Source of the DNA: Macrostomum lignano
Lineage: Eukaryota
Direction: 5' to 3'
DNA length: 64,000 nt
NCBI GenBank assembly: GCA_002269645.1
Contig: NIVC01001027.1
Coordinates: forward strand, 8,352 to 72,351
Shown: positions 46,285 through 57,900 of the stretch, one piece after another
Layout: every line of letters starts with the position of its first letter
Position numbering within the stretch: the stretch's first letter is position 1
Translations under genes and position numbers: made by a program
Notes under the pieces: generated by a model
Seen by the model: the letters and a program-made list of their open reading frames with translations, nothing else
Databases searched by the model: none
Told to the model about the DNA's origin: nothing

Positions 46285-46745
46285 TTACTTATACAGGACC
46301 CACAGATACTAGATGGGCCACTCAGCACATTTGCGTGTCAACTACTTTCAGTTCAGTAGTAAGTTAAAACAGAAAGCATTTTTAATGTATTTTTAAAGCC
46401 AAGGCTCATTTTATTGGCTCTTACCCCCAAGCCTAAACCGTCCAACCGCGCCTTTCCACGCTACCCCCCGTCCCGCTCTAATTTTTATTGCCTTTCTAGG
46501 AATTCCAGCCAAAAGCTACCATGTACATTTCAGTGGACTGGCTAATGTACATTATTGCTGAACTAATTAACAAGTTGTTTACGCCTGCAAGCTTGGGCTT
46601 CTAAGCTTATCAAATTCATTTCAGCTGCCTTATTATTATAAAATAGCTATTGTATTATTCTCTGCTACTGAACTGAAAGTAGAAAGCTGTTTTACTAAGC
46701 AAACATGCCTATCTAGTTATTTTAGTATCTGTGTGCAGGACTAAA
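46285..46745. mobile_element. Possible old MITE
   Basis: Diverged inverted matches: CACAGATACTA and CTACTTTCAGTTCAGTAG near both ends. Confidence 0.4.
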
Positions 46746-47322
46746 TATACGAATTTATCACAGAAAAAAGATTTAATTACTTATTTTTTATTTCAAAAAA
46801 ATTCTGCATTATAGAGGCTTAACTGGAAGCTACGCAAAATTCATAATTTAATTTGGAAACCGAATTAATTAACTTATTATAAATAATTGCACGAAACAGA
46901 TTATCAAGTCGACAAGCTGAGGTGATATCGGTGATAAAAATGACCGCCAAAATATAACAGACTTTTAAAACAAAATTCGAAGATAGCTCTCAATGAATAT
47001 TATTGCACAATCGATGAAAAAAGAGAGAACACACACGATTTTGTTTCACCGCTGTGATCACTAAAATTTGATCATAGCAATTTCATGAAAAATGTAAATA
47101 GTTGCAATACAAATTATGGTCCATAATTATGTCATGCGCCAATATCTACTAATGTACTGTACTTAAGCTGTTGACAATACGCCAAAGAGTACTAAAACTA
47201 AGCTGAGGATGCGAATTTATCTAATCAAATTTGAACAATTTAGCAAGTTTGAGACCACGAAAAGAATTATACATCAGTACAAGGATATTGTTTTACAAAG
47301 CTAGGGTTACTGGTGATGCACC

Positions 47323-48718
47323 CAGATTGTAGGTTTAGAACACCCCGGTGACCAAGGGTTACTGGGATTGCAATCCAGATTGTACGTTTAGAACACCACG
47401 GTGACCAAGGGTTACTGGGATTGCAATCCAGATTGTAGGTTTAGAACACCACGGTGACCAAGGGTTACTGGGATTGCAATCCAGATTGTACGTTTAGAAC
47501 ACCACGGTGACCAAGGGTTACTGGGATTAAAATCCAGATTGTAGGTTTAGAACACCACGGTGACCAAGGGTTACTGGGATTGCAATCCAGATTGTAGGTT
47601 TAGAACACCACGGTGACCAAGGGTTACTGGGATTGCAATCCAGATTGTAGGTTTAGAACACCACGGCGACCAAGGGTTACTGGGATTGCAATCCAGATTG
47701 TAGGTTTAGAACACCACGGTGACCAAGGGTTACTGGGATTGCAATCCAGATTGTAGGTTTAGAACACCACGGTGACCAAGGGTTACTGGGATTGCAATCC
47801 AGATTGTAGGTTTAGAACACCACGGTGACCAAGGGTTACTGGGATTAAAATCCAGATTGTAGGTTTAGAACACCACGGTGACCAAGGGTTACTGGGATTG
47901 CAATCCAGATTGTAGGTTTAGAACACCACGGTGACCAAGGGTTACTGGGATTGCAATCCAGATTGTAGGTTTAGAACACCACGGCGACCAAGGGTTACTG
48001 GGATTGCAATCCAGATTGTAGGTTTAGAACACCACGGTGACCAAGGGTTACTGGGATTGCAATCCAGATTGTAGGTTTAGAACACCACGGCGACCAAGGG
48101 TTACTGGGATTAAAATCCAGATTGTAGGTTTAGAACACCACGGTGACCAAGGGTTACTGGGATTGAAATCCAGATTGTAGGTTTAGAACACCACGGCGAC
48201 CAAGGGTTACTGGGATTGCAATCCAGATTGTAGGTTTAGAACACCACGGTGACCAAGGGTTACTGGGATTGCAATCCAGATTGTAGGTTTAGAACACCAC
48301 GGCGACCAAGGGTTACTGGGATTGAAATCCAGATTGTAGGTTTAGAACACCACGGCGACCAAGGGTTACTGGGATTAAAATCCAGATTGTAGGTTTAGAA
48401 CACCACGGCGACCAAGGGTTACTGGGATTGCAATCCAGATTGTAGGTTTAGAACACCACGGTGACCAAGGGTTACTGGGATTGCAATCCAGATTGTAGGT
48501 TTAGAACACCACGGTGACCAAGGGTTACTGGGATTGCAATCCAGATTGTAGGTTTAGAACACCACGGTGACCAAGGGTTACTGGGATTGCAATCCAGATT
48601 GTAGGTTTAGAACACCACGGCGACCAAGGGTTACTGGGATTAAAATCCAGATTGTAGGTTTAGAACACCACGGTGACCAAGGGTTACTGGGATTGCAATC
48701 CAAAATGAAGGTTTAGAA
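47323..48718. repeat. 53-bp minisatellite, ~26 copies, 3' of beta-adaptin
   Basis: CCAGATTGTAGGTTTAGAACACCACGGTGACCAAGGGTTACTGGGATTGCAAT; very homogeneous, no spacers. Confidence 0.97.
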
Positions 48719-48950
48719 CGCTACGTGGCTAAGATAATTTTCTATCTTAAACACAATGGTCTCGAAAAAATGATTAGTTGATAAATTGCGGAATAATTCA
48801 GATAATAAGCACGGTAGATAAATATTAAAGTGTAAACAATAACAATAAACGAAAAACAATAACAACAACGTGTTATTTTATTTTAAAGGAATAGCGTGAA
48901 GGAATATTCAAGCTAAGCTAAGCCTACAATATAGTGAATTCAACAGTAAT

Positions 48951-51900
48951 TCAGCCTTTCAGAACGGCCAAGTACGCCTCGTGCACTCCGGGATAGATTT
49001 CAACGTGCCTGGATTTCAAGCTCAAAGTGTAGGCATTAGTCTGCGGCACGATTTTCAGTTCGGCCAACACTAAAATGCCGTTAGTGAGCTTCACGCACTG
49101 GTACAGCATGTCAGTTGATTCAACGCTACGCTTAGCAATGGTGAACACGTTAAATGAGCGCAGCATAGTGCTGGCCGTGTCCGCATCGTGAGCATAGGAG
49201 CCCAGGTTAAACTGGGTCTCATTCTCTGGCGGGATGTCTTTCCAGGTGGACAAAAACACGCGCTTGTCCATGTCGCCCTCCTCAGTGAACAGGGCGTACA
49301 TTGGGATTAGACAGGCAAAGTAGAATATGTCAATGTTGTTCTTCACCGCCACCTGCGCATGGGACAGGGAAGCGAAGGGATTAGTGAGGATTTTAAGTGG
49401 GATTATCAGCACAATAACACAATGTGCAGCGTCTAAATGTGAATCGATCAGGATGGCGCCAAATCGATCAGGATGGCGCCAAATCGATCAGGATGACGCC
49501 AAATCGATCAGGATGGCGCCAAATCGATTAGGATGGCGCCAAATCTATCAGAATTACACTGAATCAATAAAGATGGCGCCAAATCGATCAGGATGGCGCC
49601 AAATCGATCAGGATGGCGCCAAATCGATCAGGATGGCGCCAAATCTATCAGAATTACACTGAATCAATAAAGATGGCGCCAAATCGATCAGAATTACACT
49701 GAATCAATCAGGATAGAGCCAAATGGATCAAGATGACACCAATTCATTCAGTATGGCGCCAAATAGATCAGGATGGCGCTAAATCTATCAGAATTACACT
49801 GAATCAATAAAGATGGCGCCAAATCGATCAGAATTACACTGAATCAATCAGGATAGAGCCAAATGGATCAAGATGACACCAATTCATTCAGTATGGCGCC
49901 AAATAGATCAGGATGGCGCTAAATCTATCAGAATTACACTGAATCAATAAAGATGGCGCCAAATCTACCAGAATTACACTGAATCAATAAAGATGGCGCC
50001 AAATCTATCAGAATTACACTGAATCAACTAAAGATGGCGCCAAATCGATAAGGATGGCGCCAAATCTATCAGGATGGCGCCAAATCTATCAGAATTACAC
50101 TGAATCAATCAGGATAGAGCCAAATGGATCAAGATGACACCAATTCATTCAGTTTGGCGCCAAATCGAGCAGGATGGCGCCAGATCAATCGAGATTGCAA
50201 ACAATTCAAGCAAGACAATGGACAAAAAACTAAAAATATGGCGCCAAATATGTACCGAAATGCAGCTAGTGGCATGGACAGCTCACCTGCAGAGTCAGCA
50301 ACGGATCCATCTTCTGCACCGGGCCCTTAGTATTCAACGGAAGCAGCGTGGTGACGCTTTGTTGCGGAGCCAGCGGATTCATGGCCAACGGCTGCGCCGG
50401 GGCCAGGCCGAAGCTGTTCTTATTAAACTGCACGGCGAATCCGTTTAACTGTTGCATAGCGTTATTTCGCAGCCGCAGCTCCATGCTCAGCTGCGGTCCG
50501 CGGCGCAGGAATCGGCCTTCAATTTGCAGGCCCTTGCCTTTCTGGGCCGGCAGCCACGTCTCCATTGGCGGATCGAAGCCGCCGCCTCCGCCCAGGCCGC
50601 CGCCGACGCCGCCGCCTAGACCGCCGAAAATGTCGGCTAAAGAGTCGGCGCCGCTGCCGCCAGCGGCTGCTGAAGCTCCCGATGGTGGTACAGGCGAGGT
50701 GGCCGAGGGAGCCGGACCGCCGAGCTGCAATAATTGAGCGCGACATGAAACAAAGTATATAACCGTAGATAAAAGTACATAGTGCAACACACGCTACAAA
50801 AGGTAGAATACATATGGAACGAAAAGTACACATGTACCAAACAAAAGTACAAATGTACTAAACAAAAGTACACAATGAACATGTACTAAATAAAAGTACA
50901 AATGTACTAAATAAAGTACAAATGTACTAAACAAAAGTACTAACGTACTAAACAAAGGTGCATTTGTACTTAACAAAAGTACATTGTGTACATGTACTAA
51001 ACAAAAGTACACATGTTCTAAACAAAAGGACATGAGCTATTCAAAAGTATAAAAGTTTAACAGAACTTCTTGTATAAATTTATCGCACAAAAAATATATT
51101 ATAAGCTCAAACTTATGAGCGTCTTTTTTACTTAAAACTATACTGGTAGTAGTATAAGTACAGATTGATGAGAAATTACATTAACTGTATGGGACATAAA
51201 GCAGACAGGAGGTGCACAGAAGGTCAAACAGACCCAGCCACTCTCCCGTCTCCATCTGATCCCAACTATCAAATTATCAATAGCAATTTAGTCCCGCTAG
51301 CGAAGCTCGTCACCAACATTTTGCTTGAGAGCGTCGACAAAGACAAGCACTTATTGCGGGACAAAGACTGTAAAAACTTAATTTCTAATAATATAATTGA
51401 CAAGTGTGAATTTGTCGCAAAAACACAGGTGATTAATCTGGTTCACCACCACCAGCATAACCGCGGCATTTGCACCACAGCTAGCTCACCCAGCCAGCCA
51501 GTGGCGGCATTAAAATAGGACGGCTTTTCTCATGGGGAGATTCTCGGTGTGATTTAGAGGGATTTTTAGAGATTAAATAGGGAGATTCTCGGTGAGATGA
51601 GATCATAGGGAGATTCGCAGTGACATCATAGAGAGATATTCAGTGTGATGATATGAAGATTCTCGGCGAGAGTATATGGTGATTCCCAGTGAGATTATGG
51701 GAGATTCTTAGCGAGATTATATGGATATTCTTAGTGAGATTATATAGAGATTCTCAGTGAGATTATAGAGATTTTCAGTGAGATTAAATGAAGATTCTAA
51801 GCGAGGTTATTGGGAGATTCTCAGTGAGATTATAGGGAGATTTTCAGTGAGATTATAAAGAGATTTTAAGTGTGATTTAGGGATATTTTTAGAGATATTA

Positions 51901-54900
51901 AATAGGGAGACATTCAGCGAGATCATAGCGAGATTCTCAATGAGATTATAGAGAGATTCTCCTTGAAACTATATTGAGATTCTTAGGGCGAGATTCTATT
52001 GAATATTCTCAGTTTGTCAGGGAGATGCTATACTGCTAGGACTGTTCTCATTAAGATACAAGTAGATACTCAGTCAGACGCAATCGCCGTTGACTCACCA
52101 GCGAGTCCAGTCCCTCGCCAAGCAGATCCACGGGCTGCTGATTCGTAGAGGCAGAGGCGGCAGCCATGGCGGCGGCGGCGGTGGCCCCGCCAGACATGTC
52201 AATATCCAGCAGGTCCCCAATCAGCGACTCCTGCGTCGGTATGACACTGACGGCGGGCCGTCCGGGAGCTCCGGTGCCGGCGCCAAAGTCGCCACCACCA
52301 GCACCAGCGGCGGCGGCAGCGGCTCCGCCAGCTTCAGCGGCCAGCCGGGACGGCAAGCCTTTGGTCGCCTTGGCAACCTGGCCGCCGCCGCGACCGTCAA
52401 CGAAAGCAGCGGGCGGCTTGTGATAGACGGACGCCAGGCTGCCAATGTGGCAGATCAGCTCGTCGAGCAGGTTCGGTTCCAGCAGGTCCGTCTCCTCGCT
52501 GATCAGCGGCTTCTCGGCGAGGACAACCTGCGGCGATGGTTGACGGGGCGGGGTCCGATTTGCGCTACTTTGAGGCCGTCTGAGCTAGTGCTTATCTGAG
52601 GGGAATGATAGTGCTTATCTGAGGGGAATGCTAGTGCTTATCTGAGGGGAATGATAGTGCTTATCTGAGGGGAATGCTAGTGCTGAGGGGAATGCTAGTG
52701 CTTATCTGAGGAGAATGCTAGTGCTTATCTGAGGGGAATGCTAGTGCTTATCTGAGGGGAATGATAGTGCTGAGGGGAATGCTAGTGCTTATCTGAGGAG
52801 AATGCTAGTGCTTATCTGAGGGGAATGCTAGTGCTTATCTGAGGGGAATGATAGTGCTTATCTGAGGGGAATGCTAGTGCTTATCTGAGGGGAATGATAG
52901 TGCTGAGGGGAATGCTAGTGCTTATCTGAGGGGAATGATAGTGCTGAGGGGAATGCTAGTGCTTATCTGAGGGGAATGATAGTGCTGAGGGGAATGCTAG
53001 TGCTTATCTGAGGAGAATGCTAGTGCTTATCTGAGGGGAATGCTAGTGCTTATCTGAGGGGAATGATAGTGCTGAGGGGAATGCTAGTGCTTATCTGAGG
53101 GGAATGATACTGCTGAGGGGAATGCTAGTGCTTATCTGAGGGGAATGATACTGCTGAGGGGAATGCTAGTGCTTATCTGAGGGGAATATTAGTGCTGAGG
53201 GGAGTCCTACACAGCCACATGAAGGGCCTGAAGGACATACTTAAGAGCCTAATTAAGAGCCATCTGAAGGGCTTACTTGAGAGCCACCTGAAGGGAATAC
53301 ATGAGAGCCACCTGAAGTGAATACATGAGAGCGACCCGAAGGACCTGAAGGGCATGTTTGAGAGCCACCTAAACGGAATACATGAGAGCCACCTGAAGTG
53401 AATACATGAGAGCGACCCGAAGGACCTGAAGGGCATGTTTGAGAGCCACCTGAAGTGAATACATGAGAGCGACCCGAAGGACCTGAAGGGCATGTTTGAG
53501 AGCCACCTGAAGTGAATACATAAGAGCGACCCGAAGGACCTGAAGGGCATGTTTGAGAGCCACCTGAAGTGAATACATAAGAGCGACCCGAAGGACCTGA
53601 AGGGCATGTTTGAGAGCCACCTGAAGTGAATACATGAGAGCGAACCGAAGGACCTGAAGGGCATGTTTGAGAGCCACCAGAAGTGAATACATAAGAGCGA
53701 ACCGAAGGACCTGAAGGGCATGTTTGAGAGCCACCTGAAGTGAATACATGAGAGCGAACCGAAGGACCTGAAGGGAATGTTTGAGAGCCACCAGAAGTGA
53801 ATACATATGAGCGAACCGAAGGACCTGAAGGGCATGTTTGATTGAGAGCCACCAGAAGTGAATACATAAGAGCGACCCGAAGGACCTGAAGGGCATGTTT
53901 GATTGAGAGCCACCTGAAGTGAATACATGAGAGCGACCCGAAGGACCTGAAGGGCATGTTTGATTGAGAGCCACCTGAAGTGAATACATGAGAGCGACCC
54001 GAAGGACCTGAAGGGCATGTTTGATTGAGAGCCACCTGAAGTGAATACATGAGAGCCAAATGAAGGACCTGGGGTGAATGCTACTATCGCCAGGAGCCCA
54101 GCAAAATTCTTGCGTTACCCGGGGAGTTGGTATGCAACCCTATGGACCCAAAGGTGGCAGTAGTGTGGTGAAAGGCCCTAGAGAATCTGTAGATAGTATC
54201 GGTAGAGACATAAACAAAAACCCTATTGAATCAAGAATGACGCAGCACCTGTTTAGCAGCGGCGGGATCTGTAGACAGCAGTCGCCAATAGATGTAGCCG
54301 CGATCCCGCAGGTCGGGATTATCAGCCTCCTGAGTAGCCAGACTCAGCGCCTGCTGTACCAGCTCCTGCGTATCCGTGGGCCGTTTTAGAAACAGCTTCA
54401 CAACTGACGTGAGCAGCTGCAGCTGCACGGCAGTCTGCTCGTCGGCGAAGCCTTCTAAAAACGATTCAAGCAGCTCGTCGGCGTTGTCGATGCGTTCGGC
54501 GTATTCGCCGATGATCCAGATCATGGAGGCGCGGGCCTCCGGCTCGTCGAGGGTGTCCAAGTTTTCGCACAGGGTGCCAATGACGGACTCGTATTTGTTG
54601 GGATACTTGCGGAAAATGTCTTTGATGACTACGATGGCCTCTTGGACAACGTAGTTCACCTTGGTCTGGATGAGATCCAGCAGGGTGCTGACGCAGCGCT
54701 CGGCAGCCGACTCGACTTTGATCGCGCAACGACCGATGGCGCGAACCTGGAGAAAATGTTTTATAGAATTAGGGGTTGATATGCAGCTGACAGTAGCTAA
54801 GCGTGTTGTTAGGACTGGGGGTCGCCACACACAGCCTCAATTACCCCAGCTAATGCTGGCACCCATTTTACAGCTGGGTGAACTGAAGCCATGCAGAGTT

Positions 54901-57900
54901 AAGTGTCTTGCTCAAGGACGCAGATTGTTTCAGTGGGATCGGGAATCGAACCCTTGGCCTTTAAGTCGTGAGTCCGAGGCTCTAATCACTAGGCTACAAC
55001 CCCCTCTAATAAGACTATCAGTAGTTGAAGTGCGTTGCTATGCAACTATCAGTAGCTAGGTGCGTTGCTATGTCACTATCAGTAGCTAGGTGCGTTGCTA
55101 TGCAACTATCAGTAGCTAGGTGCGTTGCTATGTCACTATCAGTAGCTAGGTGCGTTGCTATGTCACTATCAGTAGCTAGGTGAGTTGCTATGCAACTATC
55201 AGTAGCTAGGTGCGTTGCTATGCCACTATCAGTAGCTAGGTGAGTTGCTATGCAACTATCAGTAGCTAGGTGAGTTGCTATGCCACTATCAGTAGCTAGG
55301 TGCGTTGCTAAGCAATTAAGTTGTTGTTACGCTTACGCAATCAAGCATAGTTTTAGTTCCGCAATACTTCTTTATAACACAACAAAGAAAAGTGATTACG
55401 TAATTGAGGTAGATTACATTATGAGCGTATTACGCAATTGAAAAGGCAGGTTTTAAGACTCCAATACTTATTAAGGTAACCATTTCTTTAATAATGCAGC
55501 CCTTAAACTCACCGCCTTGCGCACAAAGTCAACATCAACTTCCGTGGCGTATTCCTTCAATTCGGCCAGCACATTAGCAATATTAGCAGCAGAGGTCAGC
55601 CTGATGAGGATGTCCAGCTTCTCGAGTTTCACGTAGATCGGATCGTTGTATTTGACGAAGAACACTTTCAATTCCTGCTTGAGAATGTCAGGCCGCTTCT
55701 GCACAATCAGATTGATATTGCGCAGAGCAACGTACTGAATCTCGGGTTCGCTAGACAGCAGCGTGACTAACGGTGCAGAGAGCTTCTTGATGGTGCTAAG
55801 AACGAAATCGGAGTTGGGATCCAGCATCTCGAGTAGCTTCATGATCACCTTGACAGCGCTAAGTACAACGGCAGCGTTAGCATGAGCCAGCCGGGGTGAA
55901 ACTCGCTCGATCATGCTGGGGTTTAGGATGAAAAAAATAATTTATTGACCATTGAAAAAAGTCCCGTTACTGATCTGTACAAAAGCCACGTTTTACTGAT
56001 CTGTACAAAAGTCCCGTTACTGATCTGTACAAAAGTCCCGTTACTGATCTGTACAAAAGTCCCGTTACTGATCTGTACAAAAGTCCCGTTACTGATCTGT
56101 ACAAAAGTCCTGTTACTGATCTGTACAAAAGTCCCGTTACTGATTTGTACAAAAGTCCTGTTACTGATCTGTACAAAAGTCCCGTTACTGATCTGTACAA
56201 AAGTCCCGTTACTGATCTGTACAAAAGCCACGTTTTACTGATCTGTACAAAAGTCCCGTTACTGATCTGTACAAAAGTCCCGTTACTGATCTGTACAAAA
56301 GTCCCGTTACTGATCTGTACAAAAGCCACGTTTTACTGATCTGTACAAAAGTCCCGTTACTGATCTGTACAAAAGTCCCGTTACTGATCTGTACAAAAGC
56401 CACGTTTTACTGATCTGTACAAAAGTCCCGTTACTGATCTGTACAAAAGTCCCGTTACTGATCTGTACAAAAGTCCTGTTACTGATCTGTACAAAAGTCC
56501 CGTTACTGATCTGTACAAAAGTCCCGTTACTGATCTGTACAAAAGTCCTGTTACTGATCTGTACAAAAGTCCCGTTACTGATCTGTACAAAAGTCCTGTT
56601 ACTGATCTGTACAAAAGTCCCGTTACTGATCTGTACAAAAGTCCCGTTACTGATCTGTACAAAAGTCCCGTTACTGATCTGTACAAAAGTCCCGTTACTG
56701 ATCTGTACAAAAGTCCCGTTACTGATCTGTACAAAAGTCCTGTTACTGATCTGTACAAAAGTCCCGTTACTGATTTGTACAAAAGTCCTGTTACTGATCT
56801 GTACAAAAGTCCCGTTACTGATCTGTACAAAAGTCCTGTTACTGATCTGTACAAAAGTCCCATTACTTATTTGTACGAAAGTCCCGTTACTGATTTGTAC
56901 GAAAGTCCCGTTACTGATCTGTACAAAAGTCCCGTTACTGATTTGTACAAAAGTCCCGTTACTGATCTGTACAAAAGTCTCGTTACTGATCTGTACAAAA
57001 GTCTCGTTACTGATTTGTACAAAAGTCTCGTTACTGATTTGTACAAAAGTCCCGTTACTGATCTGTACAAAGGTCCCATTTTACTTATCTGTACAAAAGT
57101 CCCGTTACTGATTTGTACGAAAGTCCCGTTACTGATTTGTACGAAAGTCTCATTACTGATTTGTACAAAAGTCCCGTTACTGATCTGTACTAAAGTACAG
57201 AAGTACGGCACCAGAGTCATTATAGAAGCGCCCCAGAGTGGTTTCAGAGTCGCAAACAGAAAAGCGCCTCAATTTGACTCTTAGGGCAACTCTGACAACT
57301 TTTTAACGACTTGTACCGTGACATCTCATCGTTTTAGAGTCGTCTAGAGTCATTTAACAACCTTTAGCATTAAATTAGAGAATATAATAACACTAACTGT
57401 ATGGGACATTAAGCAGGCAGGAGGTGCACAGAAGGTCAAACAGACCCAGCCACTCTCCCGCCTCCATCTGATCCCAACTATCAAATTATCAATAGCAATT
57501 TAGTCCCGCTAGCGAAGCTCGTCACCGACATTGTGCCTGAAAGCGTCGACAAAGACAAGCGCTCATTGCGGGACAAAGACCAACGTGAATGATGAAATGC
57601 TTACTTTTGCGCTTCGTTATTTTCAGTAGGCGTGTAATTAGCAACAGCATCCAGGATGAAGACCTGGCCCCATCTGAAAGTTTTAATTGGAAACAGCAGG
57701 TTTAATTGAGAATCTGTTCCACCTGAGTATTTTGATTTTCTAAGAATCTGTTCCACCTGAGTATTTTGATTTTCTAAGAATCTGTTCCACCTGAGTATTC
57801 TGATTTTCTAAGAATCTGTTCCACCTGAGTATTTTGATTTTCTAAGAATCTGTTCCACCTGAGTATTTTGATTTTCTAAGAATCTGTTCCACCTGAGTAT

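Noticed and set aside
47323-48718. CRISPR-like regular repeat
   Set aside because: Head-to-tail 53-bp units with no unique spacers, eukaryotic context and no cas genes: a minisatellite.
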